From: Conexivisphaerales archaeon
Lineage (GTDB): Archaea > Thermoproteota > Nitrososphaeria > Conexivisphaerales > DTJL01
Direction of reading: 5' to 3'
Length of the DNA: 23,473 nt
NCBI GenBank assembly: GCA_049509455.1
Contig: JBEKZX010000022.1
Span: forward strand, 1 to 23,473
In this document: in pieces, positions 1 through 7,497 of the stretch
Layout: each line of letters begins with the position of its first letter
Numbering within the stretch: the first letter of the stretch is position 1
Translations under genes and position numbers: made by a program
Notes under the pieces: generated by a model
Seen by the model: only the letters and a program-made list of their open reading frames with translations
What the model was told of the DNA's origin: nothing
Database searches by the model: none

Positions 1-71
1 GATTGCAGAGCCATCCGAGTCGGCCCAAGCTAGGCCTCGCAAGCGCTGAGACCGTGAACCCCGACGGTAGC

Positions 72-275
72 CTAGTCTGCGCCAGGGACACTGACCCGAG
101 TGTAAACTTTCACACAGGCGAGACATAGGTCCTCCCTAGGAGGGATTCTAGTTGCAAGCTTCCCGACGACATCCTGGCCGCATAATGCCTCCCCATTAGG
201 CCGAATCAAATGCCACTTGGAGCTTGATTTCGCCCTCCCATAGACCAAAGGGAACATTGGCAGTGAAAGCATCAT
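72..275 (-). CDS. Small hypothetical protein (67 aa), possible His/Cys zinc-binding domain
   Basis: ORF contains WH-x7-LCG and CLAC, giving four plausible metal ligands. A TATA-like CTTATAAG at 293-300 lies about 20-25 nt upstream of the ATG. Confidence 0.45.
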   Translation of the reverse strand: MMLSLPMFPLVYGRAKSSSKWHLIRPNGEALCGQDVVGKLATRIPPREDLCLACVKVYTRVSVPGAD

Positions 276-414
276 CCAGTTGCCTTGGTGCGCTTATAAG
301 GATTGATTCAAGCTACCTGACTCAAAACCTGCAGCGACGGCATAGATCGATTGCAAACCCCAACCGCTTCGTCGTTATCCTGCAGTAAGAAAGCGTCGTT
401 TGGTCGCCCTTAGG

Positions 415-487
415 CTGGTTGGCAGGAATCCTATTTCTGGTGGTTTCAAGTGCGCAGCCGACCGCGAATCCCCAACGGTACGGACTC
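415..487 (+). repeat. Dispersed 73-bp repeat, copy 1 (partner at 22943-23015)
   Basis: Ungapped manual alignment gives 56/73 identical bases. Core is GCGAATCCCCAACG-x-T-x-CGGACTC. Confidence 0.7.
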
Positions 488-558
488 TCGCAGGTCCAAG
501 CCCACGTTCCCTCGAATTCACGCGTGCGATTATTGCGAGCGAGCGTCACCACTTTTGG

Positions 559-837
559 TCATTTCCACTTTGTGAGTATCTCTTCCCTGCGGAAAGTGGC
601 CGTGCTGATGCGGAACAGAACCAAATCAACCAATGCGAGAGCGACGGCGATGATGAGAAGATTGTTGGTGCCGAGCGATATCAGGCAGCAGAGCATCCTG
701 ACCGTAGTTGTTTTTCCCGCGCCATTGGGCCCAAGCAAGCCGAAGACCTCCCTTCTTCAACGCGAAGGGTCAGCCCTTCGACTGCAGTCAGGTCACCGAA
801 CTTCCTCGTGAGGTTCTCCGTTTCGATGAAGGTGCAT
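559..837 (-). pseudogene. ABC transporter remnant: frameshifted ATPase 5' end fused to permease 3' end
   Basis: TFIETENLTRKFGDLTAVEGLTLRVEEG, then a frameshift, then EVFGLLGPNGAGKTTTVRMLCCLIS (Walker A). This runs straight into LLIIAVALALVDLVLFRISTATFRREEILTKWK-stop, which resembles an ABC-2 permease C-terminus. The ATG at 837 is also one base out of frame. Confidence 0.8.
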
Positions 838-1101
838 TCCCCGCAAACTAGCCTATCGTAATGTGCTAATATGGATTTATCGAGCCTGCGTTCAGTCGTT
901 CCTAGACGAATCGAAGAACACCCGCTATCTCCATAAGAATTGTACCCACCCTTTAAGGAGGAAGAAGGTCCCACCGCTCCCAGCGAATCATGTTCTTCAG
1001 CAGGATGCACCGAAACGGAATGGCCCTTCGAAACGAGCCCGAGTCCCACACTCGAAAATGATATATTTTCCCATGTAGCCGGAGCGACGGGGAAAATCCG
1101 T

Positions 1102-1335
1102 ATGGCTGTCGACGATAGAGGCGCCAAGTTGCTGGAAGCGTTGAGTCAGGTACTACAACAGAAAGGTGTCGCAGAGACGCCCAAGAGCTTCGTGGAATCC
1201 CTGTTGAACGATATCAAGACGGTAGACGAGGCTCTATCGGAATACCAGAAGAAGAATGGGGGAGAGTTGGTAAGCAGGCAGATACAGCTCTCCTACGGCA
1301 AGGGCGCTCTGGAATACCTCCTGCTGTTCCTCTGA
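1102..1335 (+). CDS. Small hypothetical protein (77 aa, helical)
   Basis: ATG at 1102 within the 940-1335 ORF. The upstream extension has non-protein-like composition, and an AT-rich TATA-like stretch lies near 1060. Confidence 0.5.
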   Translation: MAVDDRGAKLLEALSQVLQQKGVAETPKSFVESLLNDIKTVDEALSEYQKKNGGELVSRQIQLSYGKGALEYLLLFL

Positions 1336-1479
1336 CCTGACGACGGCCTGAGGGCCCAATGTTCATATCACGGCGGAGAGGATACCATCCAAGGCTCGAC
1401 AGGGCATGGATGCGAGGAGGGCCTCCTTGAAATGCAGTTCTGAAACCGTCCCGACCGCCCGTAGCGGAGGGACATCTCA

Positions 1480-3120
1480 GTGAAGCTGAGCGAAGCATGG
1501 CGCCTGAGCCGAATCCCCTACGGAGAAGTGGCCTACAGGTCGATAGCGCAGACGCGCAATGGGATGTGGTGGGGCTCCTTCGGCAGGGGTGACCCCGAGA
1601 AGGCAGCCCGGAGCGATGCCGACTTTACGCTCAGGGCCCTGAGGATCGCCCGTTTCGACAAAGTCATCGTGGGGGCAGTGAGCGTCTTCGCTTCACTATT
1701 GCCCTTCTGGTCGGCGCTTTCCGGTCTGACGGCCGGCTCCGTAGCGAGCTCGGCCGCGCTTAGCCTTTCCGTCTCCTTCGCTTTCGTGATGTTATACGCC
1801 GTCCAGACGCTTTCCTCGTTCCTCGGAGCGGAGTCCTGGGTCTGCCTGTCCACGATGCCCCTGCAGACGTCTGACCTTTCCCTGATCACCCTGTTCTCCT
1901 TCGTGAGGACCGTTGACTATATGGTCCTAGGGGCTGTCGTAAGCCAGACCGTGGTCGTCGCTCTCCTGACGGGGTCCCCCTTGGCGGCCGCAATCATGCT
2001 CTTCGCTTCGGTCGTCAACATGCTCCTCTCCGTAACGGTCTCGCTCTGGTTCTCGAGGTTGTTCTATGGGAACATGGCGAAGGGCGGGAGGTCGAGACGA
2101 GGAACCTTGCTCCGGCTCGTCTTTCTAGGCCTCTGGGGGCTGCTCCTCGTCAGTTTAGGGTTCCTGTTCAACGCTGCCAGCTACCTGATGCCATACTTGA
2201 ATGGGGCCCTGGTCCATGGCGGTCAGGGCTTCGCCTCCCTCCTACCTGCAGTGTATCCCTTTTCGCTGGCCATCCTTGTCGCTGGCGCTGCCTCTGCGCC
2301 AGTGGCGTTGACGCCGTTCGTTGTAGCGCTCTTCGCCACCATAATCTATGCAGGAGTGGCCGCATATCTCTTGGCGTGGAGCTTGAGGACCATCAGGGAG
2401 ATGTCCGTGGCATCGGGGATGTCCCGTTCCTTCGTCAAGGCCAATGATTTCCTGCTCAAGGTGCGGAGTCCGCTGTTTGGGTATGTATGGAAGGACCTCA
2501 GGGCGTCGTCCCGGAACCCGGCGACCGCCTTCTTCTACGCCCTCCCCGCCTTCGAGACCGTCGTGGTGCTGCTTTCCACCCTCAACATGCCAGTCCTGCG
2601 AGCCTCCATCATCATCGTAGCGACGGCTCTGGGAGGGGCGTTCACACTGTTCATGCCGCTGGGGCTCCTGAATGCCGAGGGAGCGGGACTGTCCTACACC
2701 CAGGGCCTTCCGATTGAGGTATCTACGATCGTATCGGCGAAGGCACTGATAGCGACTTTGGCGTTCGTTCCGGTGCCAATCGTGGTGACGGCGCTGGCGC
2801 TGACAAAGCCCGTCACCTCTCCCCTGCTCCTGCTTTTGCCGGCCGAGGTAGTGGCCTCCGTCGCTGCAGGGAGCCTCATGGAGGTATGGCTCTTCATGGG
2901 GGTGGCGTCGGAGACGAGGACTTCGGCAGTGCTTCATGACATGATTAGGCTGTTCGCAGGGGTCTCCTTGATGCTGCTGCCCGAGCTGGCCTATGCGGGC
3001 GTGTTCGTCCTTTCGTTTGACCATGGGCTCTCCATATTGACGGGAGGCGCCGCCGCGTCGGCCGAGCTATTCCTGGTAGTGCTCCTGATCAGGCGTCCCC
3101 GAAACCCTCCTAATGCCTAG
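1480..3120 (+). CDS. Polytopic membrane protein, archaeal ABC-2-like permease (COG3368-type)
   Basis: 546 aa, roughly 12-14 hydrophobic segments in two halves. The linker FGYVWKDLRASSRNP resembles the K(D/E)L...R motif of ABC-2 permeases. GTG start. Confidence 0.7.
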   Translation: MKLSEAWRLSRIPYGEVAYRSIAQTRNGMWWGSFGRGDPEKAARSDADFTLRALRIARFDKVIVGAVSVFASLLPFWSALSGLTAGSVASSAALSLSVSFAFVMLYAVQTLSSFLGAESWVCLSTMPLQTSDLSLITLFSFVRTVDYMVLGAVVSQTVVVALLTGSPLAAAIMLFASVVNMLLSVTVSLWFSRLFYGNMAKGGRSRRGTLLRLVFLGLWGLLLVSLGFLFNAASYLMPYLNGALVHGGQGFASLLPAVYPFSLAILVAGAASAPVALTPFVVALFATIIYAGVAAYLLAWSLRTIREMSVASGMSRSFVKANDFLLKVRSPLFGYVWKDLRASSRNPATAFFYALPAFETVVVLLSTLNMPVLRASIIIVATALGGAFTLFMPLGLLNAEGAGLSYTQGLPIEVSTIVSAKALIATLAFVPVPIVVTALALTKPVTSPLLLLLPAEVVASVAAGSLMEVWLFMGVASETRTSAVLHDMIRLFAGVSLMLLPELAYAGVFVLSFDHGLSILTGGAAASAELFLVVLLIRRPRNPPNA

Positions 3121-3245
3121 GAACCGGACACGTACTCAGAGGGCCGTCTGCCTCTCACACATAGCAGATATGAAGCCTTTTGGCTCGTTCGTCTCATGAC
3201 AGTCCAGACGCCCTCACGACACATAAATATGAGGTGACGGTAGCA

Positions 3246-3650
3246 ATGGCAGATATGCGCCTAGGGATGTTCCTCGCAGGAATGATACTGTTGCTGGTCG
3301 GAGGATTTGCAGGGATTACAGGTTACCTTTATCTTTCACAGGCCATTAGCTTCCAACAGCTAATCGCCTCTCTTCCGCCCGACATGAGCACGACCCAAGG
3401 CATGATGACCGTGGCGGGGGCCGTCGGCGCGGTCGTTGCTCTCATTGGATTGGGCCTCATTGTCGGGGGCGCGGCCAGCCGGATTACGATAAGGTCGGCC
3501 GACCCTCTGCTCCTGAAGTCGTTGACCGAAAGGGAGCCGGTTCCCACGCCCAACGAATATCCCGAGAACGTCGTCTTCTGCCAGAGTTGTGGCCGGCCTG
3601 TCAGCATGCAGGACGAGTACTGCTCCGTATGCGGGGCCAAGGTCCGCTAA
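3246..3650 (+). CDS. Two-TM membrane protein with C-terminal zinc ribbon
   Basis: Two hydrophobic helices plus CQSCG-x9-CSVCG. Start moved to ATG 3246 because of the SD GAGGTGA at 3231-3237. Confidence 0.75.
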   Translation: MADMRLGMFLAGMILLLVGGFAGITGYLYLSQAISFQQLIASLPPDMSTTQGMMTVAGAVGAVVALIGLGLIVGGAASRITIRSADPLLLKSLTEREPVPTPNEYPENVVFCQSCGRPVSMQDEYCSVCGAKVR

Positions 3651-3663
3651 GCGCCCTGACTTG

Positions 3664-3924
3664 ATGCAAGGGGAAGGCTTGCGTAAAGACAGATGGTCCA
3701 GTTTGCCTCACAGGATCCCTAGACCGACCCTCCATCTTAAGACCTACAACGTCGTGCGCTGCCCGCATTGCAAGTTCGTCCAGGGAGTACGCAAGCAGGC
3801 CTCTTGCAAGTCCTGCGGGAAGAAGCTGGACGCTTCCAAGCTGCAGGTGCTAGGCTGCACCGACAAGGTCACCGAGCTCCCCTTGATCGTGAGGCGAGTA
3901 AAGGAATCCCTCGCCAAGTCGTGA
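3664..3924 (+). CDS. Small zinc-finger protein, DUF1922-like
   Basis: YNVVRCPHC-x11-CKSCGKKL pattern. Start uncertain (ATG 3664 or TTG 3703). Confidence 0.6.
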   Translation: MQGEGLRKDRWSSLPHRIPRPTLHLKTYNVVRCPHCKFVQGVRKQASCKSCGKKLDASKLQVLGCTDKVTELPLIVRRVKESLAKS

Positions 3925-4001
3925 CCCGTCTCCCAGTTTCTATCTATAGGATGGCCATTCTCGTCCAATAGATTTATCATTCACCCTTTGGCCTCTGACT
4001 C

Positions 4002-4577
4002 ATGCACGGCGTCACTTCGTTGCCCATCACGTTCAGACCGACGCAGGCTTCGAAGAAGGTCTCGTCGATCGCCGCCAAGTACGACATGGACTGCCGAAGC
4101 TATGACGCCCTCTATCGCAGCGAGCAGGATGCCAAACTAGATGCGGCCGAAGGGGTAGGATGGTCGCCCGGCGGACGCATGGTCGATGTGGGCTGCGGCA
4201 CTGCCTTCCTTGCAGAACGCCTTGCGAAGCCTTGCGATCTGGTCGTGGGACTCGACATATCAGTAGGGATGCTGGTCAGGGCCAAGAGGCGGAGACGGGT
4301 GGAGCTGGTGCTGGGAGACTCCCTGTATCCCCCGTTCCGTCCGAAAAGCTTCAGCTCCTGCGTCTGCTTCACATCCTTTCATCATTTCAGGCGAAAGCCG
4401 CGAGTGGTGGCAATGATGGCTGACCTTGTTCGTGCCGGCGGCTCCGTCGTGTTTTCCCTGTTGACAAAGGGGGAGGCCTCTGGAGACGAGCGGTACATAA
4501 TGCGCAGTCGAAGGCTGAAACTGCGGAACAGGCTGCGCGTCCGAGACGAATCCCTGCTGGTAATGAAACGGCTGTAG
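4002..4577 (+). CDS. Class I SAM-dependent methyltransferase
   Basis: Motif I VDVGCGTA, post-I GLDISVGML, motif II VLGDS. Start position uncertain. Confidence 0.85.
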   Translation: MHGVTSLPITFRPTQASKKVSSIAAKYDMDCRSYDALYRSEQDAKLDAAEGVGWSPGGRMVDVGCGTAFLAERLAKPCDLVVGLDISVGMLVRAKRRRRVELVLGDSLYPPFRPKSFSSCVCFTSFHHFRRKPRVVAMMADLVRAGGSVVFSLLTKGEASGDERYIMRSRRLKLRNRLRVRDESLLVMKRL

Positions 4578-4641
4578 CTGACGCATGAAACCAACAACCT
4601 TAAATCAAGTGCAGGACCCGAATGGGTCAGTGTAACGCGCC

Positions 4642-5205
4642 TTGACCTTCTGCACCAAGTGTGGAGCCGAAATATCCCAGGGGGCGATGTACTGCGCGAA
4701 GTGCGGCAACCCTGTCCTTCAAGGAGGCACCCCACAGCAGCCTGTGCCACCTAGCTGGCAGAGCAGGAGGGATGAAAGGAGGGCGTACAGGCGTGGGGAG
4801 AAGGCCGAAAAGAACGAGAAGAATGAAAAGGGAGAGAAGCATGAGAAAGGAGAGAAGCATGAGAAAGGACCTATGGGCGGCGCCCTCATTGGCGGGCTCG
4901 TCCTGATTTTCTTGGGTTTGGCGTTCTATCTTTCCTACTATGGATACTTTAGGTCAGGCCGCTGGTGGGCCCTCATCTTGGTGGCCCTTGGAATCATCAT
5001 CATCATCGACGACCTCTATTACTTCGCAAAGGGAGCACGAAGAGGAGCGGGAGTGATTGGCGGGTTGATACTTATGACCATCGGCTACGCATTGTACGCG
5101 GACATATCCCACTGGTGGCCGCTCATCCTCGTCGCCATCGGGATAGGCATCATAGCGTCCGCGATGCTGGCGCGCGCGAGGAGCCCCGCGCCCAAGTCCC
5201 CTTAG
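4642..5205 (+). CDS. Zinc-ribbon membrane protein with EKx repeat and four C-terminal TM helices
   Basis: N-terminal CTKCG-x9-CAKCG, then (EKx)8, then two similar TM hairpins each followed by WW(A/P)LILVA(L/I)GI. TTG start. Confidence 0.8.
   Translation: MTFCTKCGAEISQGAMYCAKCGNPVLQGGTPQQPVPPSWQSRRDERRAYRRGEKAEKNEKNEKGEKHEKGEKHEKGPMGGALIGGLVLIFLGLAFYLSYYGYFRSGRWWALILVALGIIIIIDDLYYFAKGARRGAGVIGGLILMTIGYALYADISHWWPLILVAIGIGIIASAMLARARSPAPKSP
4798..4869 (+). repeat. In-frame 9-bp tandem repeat x8 encoding EKAEKNEKNEKGEKHEKGEKHEKG
   Basis: Units are GARAARNNN. The last 36 bp are an exact duplication of GAGAAGCATGAGAAAGGA. Confidence 0.9.
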
Positions 5206-6329
5206 GTGGCCCAGGCAGTAACCGAACGGTACAGCATGTGCTCTAGAACGACCGTCGGCTTGGCCCGTCCAAATATGCGGAAGTAGTTGGGCCCGAGGCA
5301 TTCGACCATGTCCCCGATGTCGTACCTGGGGAAGACCGGGGTGGAGACGACGAGGCGCCCCCACTGGCCTCGCCTCATCTCGTGGAGGAAAAGGGCCTTT
5401 CCCTTCATCACGACTTCTAGAACGTACGAGTCATAGTTGGGCACGATGTAGGGGAAAGCGTCGAGCTGCTGTCCAAATACGCCCTCCGTCGCCGAGTAGA
5501 TTTCGCGCACGGGGGCCGGGCCGAAGAGGCGCTGGAGCTGGGGACCGTAGATGGAGTGTATCTTGGCTACGCTCGTGCAGAACAGGGCCTTCATCTTCCA
5601 TAACTCTGCGGGAGTGCGGCCGTGGCGACGTCTGACGTGCCGGCCGAAGGACAGGATGACGGGAGACACGCCCATGACCGCCACTACGGGGAGGTCTTTG
5701 GTCTCGTTATAGACCAGCTCAAACCTTCGCTGCCAGTCCTCCTTTGTGATGCCTGGCCCCAGGGAGTCTATGGACTCCTGCGACGGCACGAGGCCCCCCA
5801 TGCCAAGGGTAGGCTTGAGTCTGGCGTACGTGCCGGAGCTGTAGCCGTAGCGGACGATACCATCGGGGGTCGGCACTTCCTTGACGATGGAGGGGAAGTT
5901 GAGGTTCAAGACGTAGCCTTCGACCAGAGAGGTGTCGCCTGTATTGTACGCTTGGCAGATGAGCTCCCTGGCTCCGCACTCCAAGACCCTGTCAAGGTGA
6001 GGCTGCGTGCAGGGAACCACCTTCGGCCTCCCGCTGGTGCCCCTGGTCATGACGTATCCGATGGGCTTGCTGGAACAGAGGTAGGCGTGGTCGCCGTTGA
6101 CGGCACTCTGGACCATCGGAGCGTATCTGTCGTATCCAAGGACAGGGAAGGCCTTCTTGAAGTCGGCCATGGAGGAGACGCCGGCTGCGCCTCTCTCTCG
6201 GCCGTACCCGGTCTTCCTGTATTCCTCGAGGAGGGCCCGCAACGCCCCGTCTTGGGCCGCCGCCGGGTCGCGGAGCGAATTGAACCAGCCATCCAGGAGC
6301 TGCTCGAGGATTTGCCTCTGGGAGGCCAT
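5202..6329 (-). CDS. GH3-family acyl-adenylating enzyme (375 aa, short C-terminus)
   Basis: Motifs TRGTSGRPK, REIYSATEGVFGQQ, LVVSTPVFPRYDIGD, IFGR. True start is ATG 6329 or GTG 6335 with AGGAG upstream. The longer ORF overlaps tfe. Confidence 0.8.
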   Translation of the reverse strand: MASQRQILEQLLDGWFNSLRDPAAAQDGALRALLEEYRKTGYGRERGAAGVSSMADFKKAFPVLGYDRYAPMVQSAVNGDHAYLCSSKPIGYVMTRGTSGRPKVVPCTQPHLDRVLECGARELICQAYNTGDTSLVEGYVLNLNFPSIVKEVPTPDGIVRYGYSSGTYARLKPTLGMGGLVPSQESIDSLGPGITKEDWQRRFELVYNETKDLPVVAVMGVSPVILSFGRHVRRRHGRTPAELWKMKALFCTSVAKIHSIYGPQLQRLFGPAPVREIYSATEGVFGQQLDAFPYIVPNYDSYVLEVVMKGKALFLHEMRRGQWGRLVVSTPVFPRYDIGDMVECLGPNYFRIFGRAKPTVVLEHMLYRSVTAWAT

Positions 6330-6355
6330 TGTCACCGTAATGCCGCTCCTTATGG

Positions 6356-6874
6356 TCAGCTTGTGACCTTCAGTTCCTTTTCGAGTTGAGCGATCTTCCA
6401 TTGAATGGAGGTGATGTCCTTGCCGTTGTCGTAGTCCTTGAGCTCGTTGCCGCATTCGGGGCACCTGAAAGCGAGGTCCATGGCGTCGTCGAACGTCCAC
6501 TTCTTGCAGGTCTGCGTCCCACAGAAGAAGAATTTGTGGTTGGATTCGTAATCGAGACGCTGCCTGAGCCTGCCTAGTATCTTCCTCTTCTTGTTGTTGA
6601 GGAACGCGTCCACCTGGTCGGTCTGGGCCTTCCATTGATAGACGTACCAGCCCCTCTTGGGGTCCTTGACGCGGATGCCCGTGATGAGGGATTTCCCGAA
6701 CAGGTCATAGAGGACGCGCCGAACGACGTTGATCTTGAGCCCGGTCGCACTGGCGATCTCCTCGTCGGTGGCGTTCTCGTTGTTCAGTAGCGCCCGTGCC
6801 ACCTTGACGTATTCCTCCCCGCCCAGCAGACCGGATACCTTCACGAATGAGTCCTCGTATTGCAACTTCTTCAA
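6356..6874 (-). CDS. tfe: Transcription factor E (TFE alpha)
   Basis: Winged helix ATDEEIASATGLKINVVRRVLYDL, GWYVYQW, zinc ribbon FFCGTQTC...FRCPECG. TTG start with AGGAG SD. Confidence 0.95.
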   Translation of the reverse strand: MKKLQYEDSFVKVSGLLGGEEYVKVARALLNNENATDEEIASATGLKINVVRRVLYDLFGKSLITGIRVKDPKRGWYVYQWKAQTDQVDAFLNNKKRKILGRLRQRLDYESNHKFFFCGTQTCKKWTFDDAMDLAFRCPECGNELKDYDNGKDITSIQWKIAQLEKELKVTS

Positions 6875-6922
6875 GAAACAGTTCTCCTTTTATTGGTGCA
6901 GTATTTGAAGGGCCTCCATAGA

Positions 6923-6930
6923 CTTTAAAA
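6923..6930. promoter_or_regulatory. TATA box in the tfe/trm56 divergent spacer
   Basis: CTTTAAAA, 28 nt upstream of the trm56 start. It reads TTTTAAAG on the minus strand. Confidence 0.5.
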
Positions 6931-6957
6931 CCTTACCCCTTCCCCCTTGCTCGCATC

Positions 6958-7497
6958 TTGCCCAGGATCTACGTGTTCAGGCTCTCTCACAGGCCCAGCA
7001 GGGACAAAAGGGTCACCACCCACTGCGCGCTCGTGGCTAGGGCCTTCGGCGCCTCTTCGATGGCCTTTTCTGGCGAGGCCGACGATGACCTCATCGCCAG
7101 GATAGGGAGGGTGGAGAAGAGCTGGGGAGGTAGCTTCTCTGTGTCATACGAGCCACGCTGGGAGGCCTACGTCAAGAAATGGAAGGAAGGGGGAGGGATC
7201 GTGGTCCACTGCACCATGTATGGCGAAAGGATACAAGACAGGATATCTTCGATCAGGCGAGCCGCCTTGACGCATGATGTCTTGGTTGTGGTCGGCGGAG
7301 AGAAGGTGCCGGGGACGATGTACAGGATGGCTGACTACAACATCGCCGTGACCAACCAGCCGCACTCCGAAGTGGCGGCCCTAGCCATCTTCCTGGACAG
7401 GCTGCATAGTGGACGCGAGCTGGAGCTTGAGCATGAGGGCGCGAAGCTCAGAATCGTGCCCCAGAAAGCTGGCAAGAAACTAGTCGTGTGCGTCTGA
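6958..7497 (+). CDS. trm56: tRNA (cytidine(56)-2'-O)-methyltransferase, SPOUT family
   Basis: RLSHRPSRDKRVTTHCALVARAFGA, VVHCTMYGE, VVVGGEKVP, VTNQPHSEVAALAIFLDRL. Confidence 0.95.
   Translation: MPRIYVFRLSHRPSRDKRVTTHCALVARAFGASSMAFSGEADDDLIARIGRVEKSWGGSFSVSYEPRWEAYVKKWKEGGGIVVHCTMYGERIQDRISSIRRAALTHDVLVVVGGEKVPGTMYRMADYNIAVTNQPHSEVAALAIFLDRLHSGRELELEHEGAKLRIVPQKAGKKLVVCV

Noticed and set aside
51-487. CRISPR array
   Set aside because: The motif copies are irregularly spaced (about 300 and 110 bp), divergent, and no cas genes are present.
6330-6635. N-terminal extension of the 477-aa ORF
   Set aside because: It overlaps tfe in another frame, has low-complexity composition, and GH3 similarity begins after the Met at 6329.
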